Origin: Candidatus Methanophagales archaeon
GTDB taxonomy: Archaea; Halobacteriota; Syntropharchaeia; Alkanophagales; Methanospirareceae
Assembly (NCBI GenBank): GCA_030602585.1
Contig: JAUVZJ010000002.1
Span: 3,262-67,261 of the forward strand
Direction: 5' to 3'
DNA: 64,000 bases
Under the pieces are notes generated by a model. The model was given only the letters and a program-made list of their open reading frames with translations. It did not search any database and had not been told where the DNA came from. Positions 19,840 to 28,888 of this stretch are shown here, piece by piece. The translations under genes were made by a program, and so were the position numbers. Within the stretch, counting starts at the first letter, position 1, and the number at the start of each line of letters is the position of its first letter.

Positions 19840-19997
19840 ATGGTTGTGATAAAATGCCCAGAGTGTGGGGGAAAACAAGTTTGCCTGAAAGCTATGATGA
19901 AGAAAGATTTGCAGGAGAAGTAAAATGCACAGAATGCGGAGCAAGGTTACTTGTAGGCGTAATAAAGGGGAAAGTAAGATTTGTAGGAATACTATGA
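19840..19997 (+). CDS. Possible small zinc-ribbon protein, but only if a +1 shift near 19921 is read through
   Basis: A 27-aa ORF (MVVIKCPECGGKQVC..., RBS GGAGG 8 nt upstream) carries one CPxCG knuckle. The second knuckle is in the +1 frame. Confidence 0.2.
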
Positions 19998-21411
19998 AGG
20001 AATCACTGCTGGCAGTCATAATTTTAGGATTGGTTTTAGCAAACTCCGTTGCGATAGCTGGTGCATCACCGGATTTAACCGAGACAGGAAAAGACTGGTT
20101 GGCAATGCATGCTGGCAGTGGAACGCCAAAGTGCTATCAAACGTCTGGAATTCCATTCACAGATACCGATGGGTTACCACAAGAAGGATCTACTGGCGAT
20201 GTCGCAGGTATGTTATATATCGCCCATTTTGAGGGTAAAGATGATATGGCCATAACTGGTGATGGCTATAGCTATAACGACTTCAAGGCTGCTAACGAGA
20301 ACAACGATTTGACAGAACCTGATATCAAGTGGGTTTTTGACAATGAGGGTGGAGAAGGTGAACCACAATATTGTATCGGTGTAACACCAACACCCACTCC
20401 TACGCCAACACCAACATCTACTCCAACACTAACCGGGGCGGGAAAAGACTGGCTGGCGACATACGCAGGTGTTGATAATTGTTTTAAGACATCTGGTATA
20501 TCCTATAAAGACGCAGATGGTGTCTCGCATACCGGCGCTCGACCGGCGATGTTGCAAACTCATTATTTGTTGCCCATTTAGTAGGTAAAGATGATGTAGT
20601 AATAACTGCTGATGGTAAGACTTATTCTGATTTCAAAACGGCAAATGGTGGTAATGATTTGACGATAGTAGATGTTGGCTGGGTTTATGATAACGATGGG
20701 GGTGCAGGTGAAGATAAGTATTGCATAGGTGGTACACCAACACCAACACTAACACCGACATCTACTCCAATAATATCCGAAGCTGGAAAAGACTGGCTGG
20801 CGACATACGCAGGTGTTGATAATTGTTTTGCTGCAAGTGGTGTCAGCTTTAAAGACTTGGAAGGGGAAACACACGATGGAGGCACCAGTGCAGTTTGCGC
20901 TATGCTTTACGTAGCCCAAGAAGTAGATGAGAAGGATGCTCCCATCGTTAATTCAAAGACCTATGACGATTTTTATGCTGCGAATGGGAACAATAAAATC
21001 AGCTTAGATGATGTTGGTTGGGTTGCAGACCATGAAAGCGGTGCAGATCAGTATTGTATAGGTGTAACCCTAACACCTACACCAACGCCAACACCGACAT
21101 CTACTCTGACACCTACCCCAACACTAAGCCCAGGGCTTTCTCCAACACCTACACCAACTCAAACACCTTCACCTTCTCCGATTTCTTCTCATTCGCCAAC
21201 ACCAACACTTATAGACTCAGACGGCGATGGAGTACCAGATAGATACGATTATGCACCCTACGATCCGAACATCCAAATAAATGAGGATATTAAACCTGAG
21301 GCTACACCTGAGACTACACCAACACCACAACCACCCGGATTTGAAGTCCTATTCGTAATTGTTGGGTTATTATTAGTGGCATATTTAATCAAGCGAAGAG
21401 AGGTGAAATAA
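19994..21411 (+). CDS. Secreted repeat protein with Thr-Pro linkers and a C-terminal PGF-CTERM archaeosortase sorting signal. As assembled it is interrupted by a frameshift near 20537.
   Basis: The signal peptide is [24 protein letters not shown]. There are three copies of a roughly 110-aa module ([21 protein letters not shown]...GDVA.MLY.A....KDD......Y.DF.AAN.NN.L...D..WV.D...G....YCIG). The C-terminus has [25 protein letters not shown]. The module continues in a different frame between 20538 and 20658. Confidence 0.55.
21064..21182 (+). repeat. Thr-Pro repeat tract ((ACACCN)n). Shorter tracts lie at 20384-20438 and 20744-20770.
   Basis: The tracts encode TPTPTPTPT linkers and are not spacer-separated. 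This is low-complexity coding repeat. Confidence 0.6.
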
Positions 21412-21505
21412 TCACATGCATTGGGTTCACGGATGCCAATGGCAGGAAATATAATGACTGGATACCTGCAATTAGGCAGGAATGACGGTAGGTGGAAATT
21501 GAAAA

Positions 21506-22021
21506 ATGGCAACCCCGGCAAAGCATAAGAAAGGAGCAAAGAAGCATTATAAGTGTGCGATACTCACGATAAGCACCTCTAAATACTGGAAGAAAGAAAA
21601 AGGTGAAGATATATCAGGCGAAACAGCAAAAGAGCTCGTGACGAGAAGCGGGCATGAAGTGGTTTATTACGACGTGGTGCCGGATGAGGAAGGTAAGATA
21701 CATGAAGGCATATCAAAAGCGTTGAACACCGATGCTGATTTCATCATCACCTCCGGCGGAACGGGCTTGACAAAAAGCGACGTTACGATAGAAGTTATAT
21801 CTAAACTCTTGAAAAAAGAGCTACCGGGTTTTGGCGAACTCTTCAGGCAGAAAAGTTACGAGGAAATAGGCACTGCGGCAGTATTAAGCCGTGCGATTGC
21901 CGGTGTGATAAACCAAAAAGCGGTTTTTTGCCTCCCCGGCTCGCCTGATGCGGTTAGATTGGCACTGACCGAGATAATCATGCCTGAGATAGTGCATATA
22001 ATGAAGCACGTGGGGGAATAA
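21506..22021 (+). CDS. moaB: Molybdenum cofactor biosynthesis protein B (MoaB/MogA family)
   Basis: 171 aa. Motifs present: ILTISTS, DADFIITSGGTG.T..D and FCLPGSPDAV. Confidence 0.75.
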   Translation: MATPAKHKKGAKKHYKCAILTISTSKYWKKEKGEDISGETAKELVTRSGHEVVYYDVVPDEEGKIHEGISKALNTDADFIITSGGTGLTKSDVTIEVISKLLKKELPGFGELFRQKSYEEIGTAAVLSRAIAGVINQKAVFCLPGSPDAVRLALTEIIMPEIVHIMKHVGE

Positions 22022-22129
22022 TGTCCTTGTTTCCATGACCTTCATGCAAAAGCGAAAATTGTTATAGGTATATGAATTATCCCCTCTTTCATGGTTATTT
22101 TTTCTGTGTTGGATATTATCACACCATGT

Positions 22130-22603
22130 TTAGATTGGTATCTCGTAATAGCTTTTTTTATCTGACCTTTGCCTTTTTTCCCAATACTCACCTCTACGGG
22201 TATTATTTCTCCCATTCCTGTTTGCTCCTAAGATGGCACAGGGCTCAGCAACATCTTTTATGTTATGCGCTTCCATTGCTGCGCTTTTTGACTGCACGTT
22301 CACACTGTTTATTTCATCTCGTGAAAAGCAAAACAGTGGAATACCAAACTTAGCAGAGACCTCCTGCAACTCATCAGTTTTTTTAAAATCCACCGTGCAT
22401 AAACCTTTAATTTCTTTCTGTTCTATCTCCAATTCCTCTAAGAACCTGCGAATCGTGCTCTCCATCTCCTCCGCTTCAACGCCGCGATGAAATCCGATTC
22501 CGATATAGAGACATCTCCGCTCTTCATTCTTCCACTCAAAGTTTACTATACACCTCCTTAATGGCGATAATGAATGCATCATATTTGATAGATGCTTTGT
22601 CAA
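22130..22603 (-). CDS. cbiG: Cobalamin biosynthesis protein CbiG, C-terminal domain only
   Basis: The CbiG_C pattern is present: LYIGIGFHRGVEAEEMESTIRRFLEEL...KGLCTVDFKKTDE..EVSAKFGIPLFCFSRDEINSV...SKSAAMEAHNIKDVAEPCAILGA. It continues the minus-strand cbi operon after a 3 kb gap. Confidence 0.65.
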   Translation of the reverse strand: MTKHLSNMMHSLSPLRRCIVNFEWKNEERRCLYIGIGFHRGVEAEEMESTIRRFLEELEIEQKEIKGLCTVDFKKTDELQEVSAKFGIPLFCFSRDEINSVNVQSKSAAMEAHNIKDVAEPCAILGANRNGRNNTRRGEYWEKRQRSDKKSYYEIPI

Positions 22604-22870
22604 AAACCTTTTATTAAAAAGAAAAGGTTTATCAAAAGAAACTCTTTTTTAGCGGTTTTCTTTTGTAAACAGCAGAGTCGGGAAATTATTTTCAATCTCT
22701 CCTGCTCTTGTTGAAACTTAAAGGCTCCACTAAGCACAGATTAAATTACAAGTCCAAGACCCAAAAAATATCTCTTCTTACGAAGCATTCAAAAATTAAC
22801 AAAGAGAATCTGTTGTGGATATATTTATTGAACTAACTTCAATCTTCCATTATGTCCAGAACTGAACAAA

Positions 22871-23083
22871 GTGGAGAGTACGAACTTAGACGTAAGGAAG
22901 AACTATGTAAATTTTGTAATAAAAAGTTCAGCCGGGATTCACGGACTGAGAATACATCTGGCATTCGAGAAAAAGAAAGCCTCAAGTCTGAAAGAAGTAT
23001 ATCAAATTAGAGAAGAGATAGCAAGGGTTAAAAGGCGATATAGGGCAATCTTGAACGATTATATGAGAAGAGAGCAATCCTAA
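22871..23083 (+). CDS. Hypothetical 70-aa protein in the cbiG insert
   Basis: An ORF only. An overlapping alternative frame also exists. Confidence 0.15.
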   Translation: MESTNLDVRKNYVNFVIKSSAGIHGLRIHLAFEKKKASSLKEVYQIREEIARVKRRYRAILNDYMRREQS

Positions 23084-23510
23084 AATATGCTATCAACTCT
23101 CACCCACCTACAACACAAAAGTCCGAAACATCTAACCAAAAAACGACCAGTTAACAAGTCTATAAGAAAAGTTTTATCAAAAACGCTTCGCAATCGGTGG
23201 GGTAAGGTTGGGAAGTGGTGGAGAGGTGTAGTAGAATTGGAATAATGCGAAGTTTTATTATAGTGGATGTGTAGAAATAGATGTATGGCTATGCTAAGGC
23301 AGATAGAAGAAGGGGATACAAAGGGAGAGATTATTATTCCGAAGGATAAGTTTAAGGAGTTTGTGGAGGTTCAATTAAAACGTACCAAATTAAATTTTAT
23401 AAGTATATAAAAGAAACTTCTGAAAGAAGCGCTATAAAAAATCGGATAAATACGGGGTATGTGACTTTAAATTAACAAAAAGTTATAGTTGGCAATAGAG
23501 AGAAGAATAA

Positions 23511-24713
23511 ATGGTTGATGGGAAACGGATTCAGTTAAAAAACGAAGACATTAAGAAGTTCATTCAAGCGTATATCTTGGAATATAGAACGTTTTTAGAA
23601 GAAAATTATCCCCAGAGCAAAAACGATTTTCCTTTGTACGCCGGTTATCCTTTTGACGTAAAAGCATATGTAAGCGAGAAATCTACACTTATTGTATACA
23701 AATATAATGCACCTTCGCTAAGAATCGAAGTTGTTGAAGTTAACAGTGTGCCAGACCGGAAAACCGTACAAGAAAATGCTATTCAAGGATATTCAAGTGC
23801 ATATCTCTCGCGTATAATAAACAAGCCTCAAGATGTTGCTAGAAAGGACATTTTGGCTTATGAGGCGCATGAGAAGGAGTATGAGGAGCAACAGGAATAT
23901 TATGAGCAGTTAGATGCAGAAGCTGAAGTAGATGCAACAATAAATCATTATTTGAATTATTTGGAATCAGCTTACAATGTTAAAAAGAAAACTTCTGAGG
24001 AAAAGAGGAACGAGATTTATAGTGCTATAAAGCTGGTTTATGAGCGTATGGATTATTATGATGCATATTTAAGGACAGGATGCGATACCCTTTTTCTGGT
24101 GATGTTTGAACTCAACGCGGATATCGAATCATCGATTTTTTTGAGTATCCACGGCAAGTATAGACCTGCAAATGCTTTACTGCGACGATGGTTGGAAACA
24201 ACTATTCATTCATTATATTTTGATTTCGAGTTGAAAAGGTATAATAAAAACACTAAAACATATGAGTCCACTCTTAAAAAACGTAATAACTGGCTTAAAA
24301 AACCACGTCATATTCGCTTTACTGGCGATGACTTTAGTATATTAGCCATACTAATAGACCCAGATACAGACTATATCGCCACGCAATTACTGAAGGAAAC
24401 AACTTCTTATTTTAGCGAACAATCTTTTAGAAGATATGTTGAGAATCTTTATAGAAATCTATCTAAATATGTTCATTATGGTGGAATGATTCCATCTGAG
24501 GATGAACTACTACTTGAGTTTGCTGAATACAATGAGAAACTTTTTAGAGAATGGTATGTAAAATTGAATCGGATTAATGAAATTTGTAATATTCTCACCC
24601 TTTTGAAATTTCCAGAAATGCTCACTCTCTATGAGGAATATAAAGAAGAAAGATTTCCTACTTTGAAAGAGAAACAAATGCGAAAATTAAAAGAATTGCT
24701 AAAAATTAAATGA
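23511..24713 (+). CDS. Hypothetical 400-aa alpha-helical protein of unrecognised family, with a possible HEPN-like R-x6-H (RRWLETTIH)
   Basis: A long ORF with AT-rich codon usage, sitting in the insert between the cbiG halves. I recognise no catalytic signature beyond a weak Rx6H. Confidence 0.45.
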   Translation: MVDGKRIQLKNEDIKKFIQAYILEYRTFLEENYPQSKNDFPLYAGYPFDVKAYVSEKSTLIVYKYNAPSLRIEVVEVNSVPDRKTVQENAIQGYSSAYLSRIINKPQDVARKDILAYEAHEKEYEEQQEYYEQLDAEAEVDATINHYLNYLESAYNVKKKTSEEKRNEIYSAIKLVYERMDYYDAYLRTGCDTLFLVMFELNADIESSIFLSIHGKYRPANALLRRWLETTIHSLYFDFELKRYNKNTKTYESTLKKRNNWLKKPRHIRFTGDDFSILAILIDPDTDYIATQLLKETTSYFSEQSFRRYVENLYRNLSKYVHYGGMIPSEDELLLEFAEYNEKLFREWYVKLNRINEICNILTLLKFPEMLTLYEEYKEERFPTLKEKQMRKLKELLKIK

Positions 24714-24879
24714 TATTTCAATTGGATTACGTGGATGCTACATTTTTCAAAATGGTGTGGCACGGACGGGACTTAAGCGTTTAGAGGAATAATGCGGGGT
24801 GGATAGGTTATGGCTTTGGATCGTAGAGACCTTCAACCTTTATATGTAGAGAAAACAAATAATAATCAGTGATAATATT

Positions 24880-25110
24880 ATGAATGACATGGAATGGTTT
24901 AAGGAGCATTTGGCTCAATTAAGAGAAAAGTATGAGTCGAAACTGGTAGCCGTCTTAGATGGTGCGATAATTGCGATAGGCGATGACCTCGAGGAAGTAG
25001 CAAGAATAATCGAAAGAAAAAAGAGAACTGGTGAAATAAAGGGAACACCTTATACGGGTAGAGTGGGTGATGATATCGCAGCAGTGCATGTTCCATCGGT
25101 GTATGTCTGA
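24880..25110 (+). CDS. DUF5678-like small protein (partner of retropepsin-like protease)
   Basis: 76 aa. The sequence MEWFKEHLAQLREKYESKLVAVLDGAIIAIGDDLEEVARII matches the archaeal DUF5678 pattern. It ends 4 nt before the next gene. Confidence 0.45.
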   Translation: MNDMEWFKEHLAQLREKYESKLVAVLDGAIIAIGDDLEEVARIIERKKRTGEIKGTPYTGRVGDDIAAVHVPSVYV

Positions 25111-25113
25111 GGA

Positions 25114-25533
25114 TTGATTCCCATGTCAGATTTTTGCTTTGAGAACAACTATCCGATGGTGAGAATTTTTGTCGTTAAAGAAAAGGTATCAGTTCCAGTT
25201 TGGGTTATCATAGATACTGGTTCGCCATATACAATTATTCCAAATAACATACTAAATAAACTTGGATTGGGAAACGGAGATATAATCACAAAGATTACGA
25301 TTCATGGTGTGATACGTAAAAAAGAGTGTGCAGTTGAAGCCTCGGCATATCTGCTTGAAATACGAATTGGTGAAAAATCATTGGAAAAAATGCTCGTTGT
25401 TGGATACGATTTCGATCCGAGGCTTGGATTGCTTGGGCACAACGCACTGGTAAATTTTCAGCTTTTTGTGGATTGGCGTGAAAAGAGGATCGAGCTTCGT
25501 GAGGTTTCTTCAAAAATTATTTCAAACATTTAA
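25114..25533 (+). CDS. Retropepsin-like (clan AA) aspartic protease
   Basis: 139 aa. The hydrophobic-hydrophobic-DTGS motif (VWVIIDTGSPYTIIP) and a second-half GLLGHNAL..F match the retroviral-type aspartyl protease fold. Confidence 0.6.
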   Translation: MIPMSDFCFENNYPMVRIFVVKEKVSVPVWVIIDTGSPYTIIPNNILNKLGLGNGDIITKITIHGVIRKKECAVEASAYLLEIRIGEKSLEKMLVVGYDFDPRLGLLGHNALVNFQLFVDWREKRIELREVSSKIISNI

Positions 25534-25556
25534 TTCTCGGATTCCATGAGTTTATT

Positions 25557-25964
25557 CTAAGGTGATGCAGGAGCGGGCCACTCCGAAGTTGTTATCACCG
25601 CCTGTGCTGATATACCCTCTGCAATGAGCTTCGAGAATTCATTCGCACCTCTATGCCCGTTCAGCACGGGTATAACATAGTTCCCATTCTCATCTATGCA
25701 GACTACCCAGGGGTCTTCGGTCTTTTTCTTCGGCTCTATTGCCCTCACAACCACACCCAAAGGGAGAACGGCAACGATGTTCTTCTTCTCTTTGAAACTT
25801 TCTCTTATCGCCCTGTAAACGCTTTTCACCTTTTCATCTGCGCTGTCGCACGAAATTTCTTCCGAGCATATCAGCTCTGCATCGAATCCTTCGTCTAAAA
25901 GCACGCTTTTCACCTTTTCGGCAATTGCAACTGATTTTTGAGCAAGTGAGAATATGGCAATCAT
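25557..25964 (-). CDS. cbiG: CbiG N-terminal plus middle domains
   Basis: The N-domain IAIFSLAQKSVAIAEKV is followed by the mid-domain motifs LGVVVRAIEP...DPWVVCIDENGNYVIPVLNGHRGANEF..AVITTSEW. It overlaps cbiF by 4 nt. Confidence 0.65.
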   Translation of the reverse strand: MIAIFSLAQKSVAIAEKVKSVLLDEGFDAELICSEEISCDSADEKVKSVYRAIRESFKEKKNIVAVLPLGVVVRAIEPKKKTEDPWVVCIDENGNYVIPVLNGHRGANEFSKLIAEGISAQAVITTSEWPAPASP

Positions 25965-26689
25965 TTTTCACCTCCACCATACAATTTTGAAACACCTGAT
26001 TTTTCAAGCACGTCCCCTACGATTATCACGGATTGGCTCTTTATGCCCGCATTCTTCACTTTCTCGGCTATGTCCGCTAAAGTGCCTCTTATTATCCTCT
26101 CTTCCATCCATGACGCTTTATGAACCACAGCAACGGGTGTATCGGGCGGATAGCCAAACCTCAGCTCTGAAACGACGTCGTCAATGAGATGAACGCCAAG
26201 AAAGACTATCATTGTCGCTCTGTGCTCGGAAAGTTCTTTTATACTTTCTCCTGCCGGCTTACCTGTTTTCCCAAACGGTTTCGTGATTATCAGCGTTTGC
26301 GATACGTCTGGCGAAGTGAGTTCCCTTTTCAGGGATGCAGAAGCGGCAGAGAAAGAAGTAACTCCGGGAACAACTTCAAACGGTATATTTTTTGACTGGA
26401 GGAACTCTATCTGTTCTTGAATGGCGGAATAGAAGCTCAAATCGCCAGAATGAAGCCTTACCACTTTCTTTCCCGCATTTACAAATTTATCGAAAAGTGC
26501 GAAAATATCGTCTCTGGTCTTTCCATGACTGTCTATCAGTACCGCATCTCCCTTTGCATATTTTAAAACATCTTTATGGACAAGAGAACCCGCATATATG
26601 ATCACATCGGCACTTTCTATTTCACGCTTTCCTCTGAGGGTGAGCAATTCGGGATCGCCCGGTCCTGCACCTACAAATACTACTTTCAT
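25961..26689 (-). CDS. cbiF: Precorrin-4 C11-methyltransferase (CbiF/CobM). A CbiH-type class III methyltransferase is not excluded.
   Basis: Motifs present: VGAGPGDPELLTLRG...ADVIIYAGSLV and VRLHSGDLSFYSAIQEQIEFL. Length is 242 aa. Confidence 0.65.
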   Translation of the reverse strand: MKVVFVGAGPGDPELLTLRGKREIESADVIIYAGSLVHKDVLKYAKGDAVLIDSHGKTRDDIFALFDKFVNAGKKVVRLHSGDLSFYSAIQEQIEFLQSKNIPFEVVPGVTSFSAASASLKRELTSPDVSQTLIITKPFGKTGKPAGESIKELSEHRATMIVFLGVHLIDDVVSELRFGYPPDTPVAVVHKASWMEERIIRGTLADIAEKVKNAGIKSQSVIIVGDVLEKSGVSKLYGGGEK

Positions 26690-27393
26690 TTCTCCTTCTC
26701 CTCCTTCTTTACAATAAGAGTGGAGAGGTAATGAGTTGGTTGTTTTAATTCAGTGAGTTTTCCCAGAACCATTTCTTGATCCTCGAATCCAATCTTAACA
26801 CCCAAAATGGCTTTTTTATTAGCCAGCATATTTTTGATCTCGTCTATATTTTTTGGTTTGAGGAAGATCAAGGAATCGGAATTTTGTATTACTCGAAGGG
26901 CATTATCATTACCTTTTATATCAGGGATTATGGAAACGATTTCATTCCCCTCTGCAATAGGCACTTTAGCCAGAGCGGAACATGCGGAAAGAGATGTTAC
27001 ACCAGGTATGATTTCCACTTCTTCCACTTCGTCTTTAAAGAAGTCCAAAAATTTGTAGAATGTGGAATATAAACTTGGGTCTCCCAGGGTGATGAATGCA
27101 ACTGATTCACATCCCTTCCCTTTTTCCAGCACTTCCTCTCTCGCCTTTTCCCAATAGAAGTCTAATTTCGCCTGGTCTTTCGTCATCGGGAACACCGGTT
27201 CAACAACAATGAGCTCGTTTTCCCTTTCTTTTATAATTCTTTCAACGGTGAGGAGAGCCAAACTCCTTTTACCCTCTCTCGAACTCGGAGCAACTATCAT
27301 ATCCACTTCCCTAAGTGTCTTATATGCTTTCAGCGTTAGCAGCTCCGGGTCACCGGGTCCTACACCTATTCCATACAGCTTGCCGATATTCAT
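26686..27393 (-). CDS. cbiL: Cobalt-factor II / precorrin-2 C20-methyltransferase
   Basis: Motifs present: LYGIGVGPGDPELLTLKA, ITLGDPSLYST and IIPGVTS. Confidence 0.75.
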   Translation of the reverse strand: MNIGKLYGIGVGPGDPELLTLKAYKTLREVDMIVAPSSREGKRSLALLTVERIIKERENELIVVEPVFPMTKDQAKLDFYWEKAREEVLEKGKGCESVAFITLGDPSLYSTFYKFLDFFKDEVEEVEIIPGVTSLSACSALAKVPIAEGNEIVSIIPDIKGNDNALRVIQNSDSLIFLKPKNIDEIKNMLANKKAILGVKIGFEDQEMVLGKLTELKQPTHYLSTLIVKKEEKEK

Positions 27394-27977
27394 TTCTTGT
27401 CTCCGTAGATCAGAAATACAGGATAAGAAGGTGCGAGTGCAGTTTTTCCTCCTAAGTCCTTCCCTTTGTTCAAGCAGATATTCAGAACATCCGGATTGAT
27501 ACCTCTGCTTTTCAATACTTTTATGGCTTCCACCACCGTTTCAAGCCTGACTGCGGCTATGATAATTCTCCCCCCTTTCTTCAAGTGCTTGAACACGTTG
27601 TCAAACGATCTGTCAAGGTTATCCGTGCCGCCGAAAAAGATGACGTCAAAGCTATGTGATAGATTCACATCTTCCATTTTTCCAATTGCAAGTTCTATTT
27701 TATCTACCAGTCCAAATTTTTCTATGTTCTTTCTCGCAATTTCAAAATTCTCTTCGTCCTTTTCCACCGCCGTAACGTCGCAACCTAACCTCGCGAATTC
27801 GATAGATACGCTTCCTGAACCCGTGCCAACGTCTAAAATACGCTCCACTCCTTTTATTCTCGCTTTTGATACGATAATCGAGCGGATTTCTTCTCTCGTC
27901 AAGCCTGCTTTCGACCGCAAGAAGAGGTCGTCGGATATTCCCGAACTTTTATAATTCCATTCTTTCTCTACCGCCAT
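27390..27977 (-). CDS. cbiT: Cobalt-precorrin-6B C15-methyltransferase (decarboxylating)
   Basis: The SAM-binding motif ILDVGTGSGSVSIEFARLG.DVTAVEKDEE is present. Length is 195 aa. Confidence 0.8.
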   Translation of the reverse strand: MAVEKEWNYKSSGISDDLFLRSKAGLTREEIRSIIVSKARIKGVERILDVGTGSGSVSIEFARLGCDVTAVEKDEENFEIARKNIEKFGLVDKIELAIGKMEDVNLSHSFDVIFFGGTDNLDRSFDNVFKHLKKGGRIIIAAVRLETVVEAIKVLKSRGINPDVLNICLNKGKDLGGKTALAPSYPVFLIYGDKK

Positions 27978-28888
27978 AGATTATCCCTCATTACTTTTAA
28001 CAGCTCTTCAACGCTCTTTGGCGGCATTCCCGGGTTTTCACTCGCCATCATCTCGATACCTTTGTATATCTTCAACACCCTGGGCATGGCAAGTCTGCTC
28101 GACTTGATAACCGCCTCATCACCTAATACCGCGTATGGCTCACCGGATTTTACGATTTCACCCTCCCTCATAACCATCACCCTATCTGCCCACTCATAGG
28201 CAAGTTCGACATCATGAGTCGCTGCTAAAACACTCATATTGTCATTCTGTTCGCATAGGCTATCAATGGTGTTTAGCAAATCTTCTGAACTTTCAGGGTC
28301 TAATCCGGACGTAGGCTCGTCTAAAACTAATATATTGGGTTCCATAGCCAGGACTCCTGCGATAGCCACCTTTTTCTTTTCTCCTTCACTTAATTCATGT
28401 GCCTTCCTATCCCTCAAGTCCTCAATATTGATCTCGTTTAGTGCTCTCTTCACCCTCTCTTTCACTTCACCCTCTGTCAACCCAAGATTCACCGGACCCA
28501 GCGCTACGTCCTGAAACACGATTGGAGCCACAATCTGATCATTAGGATTCTGAAATACTATTCCCACACGCTTTCTCACTTCGGTAAGGGCTTTTTTATT
28601 ATAGCTGAGGAAAGTACCTGATATATTAATCTTTCCCTTATCAGGTGTTAACAATCCGTTTAGGTGGAGTAATAGGGTCGTTTTCCCAGCTCCGGTACTC
28701 CCCACGAGCGCGGTCTTATCTCCTCTTTTTAGCTTCATATCCACGCCCTTAAGCACCCATTTCTTCTTATCGTATGAAAACCATAAGTCCTGAACCTCCA
28801 CCATATTCTCAGCATCCCTTTTTATATCCTCCTCGTCCTTATGCGCTCTCATATCACGCTCCCCCCTACTGCCATAACGAGTAAACAA
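27968..28888 (-). CDS. cbiO: Cobalt ECF/ABC transporter ATPase
   Basis: Walker A (GSTGAGKTT), signature (LSEGEKKKVAIAGVLA) and Walker B (ILVLDEPTSGLD) are all present. Confidence 0.8.
   Translation of the reverse strand: MFTRYGSRGERDMRAHKDEEDIKRDAENMVEVQDLWFSYDKKKWVLKGVDMKLKRGDKTALVGSTGAGKTTLLLHLNGLLTPDKGKINISGTFLSYNKKALTEVRKRVGIVFQNPNDQIVAPIVFQDVALGPVNLGLTEGEVKERVKRALNEINIEDLRDRKAHELSEGEKKKVAIAGVLAMEPNILVLDEPTSGLDPESSEDLLNTIDSLCEQNDNMSVLAATHDVELAYEWADRVMVMREGEIVKSGEPYAVLGDEAVIKSSRLAMPRVLKIYKGIEMMASENPGMPPKSVEELLKVMRDNLWR

Noticed and set aside
20384-21182. Short tandem ACACCN repeats, considered as a possible CRISPR-like array
   Set aside because: They are in-frame Thr-Pro linker codons within a surface-protein gene. 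There are no unique spacers and no repeat-spacer periodicity, and no cas genes are nearby.
22072-22490. Plus-strand ORFs of 93 and 85 aa overlapping the cbiG C-domain gene
   Set aside because: They lie entirely within the minus-strand CbiG_C coding region, which has clear family motifs. The plus-strand translations are featureless.
23285-23410. 40-aa ORF (MAMLRQIEEGDTKGEIIIPKDKFKEFVEVQLKR...) with a faint AbrB/SpoVT-like look
   Set aside because: It is too short and too weakly similar to call. There is no RBS evidence. It is mentioned only as something to check with a profile search.
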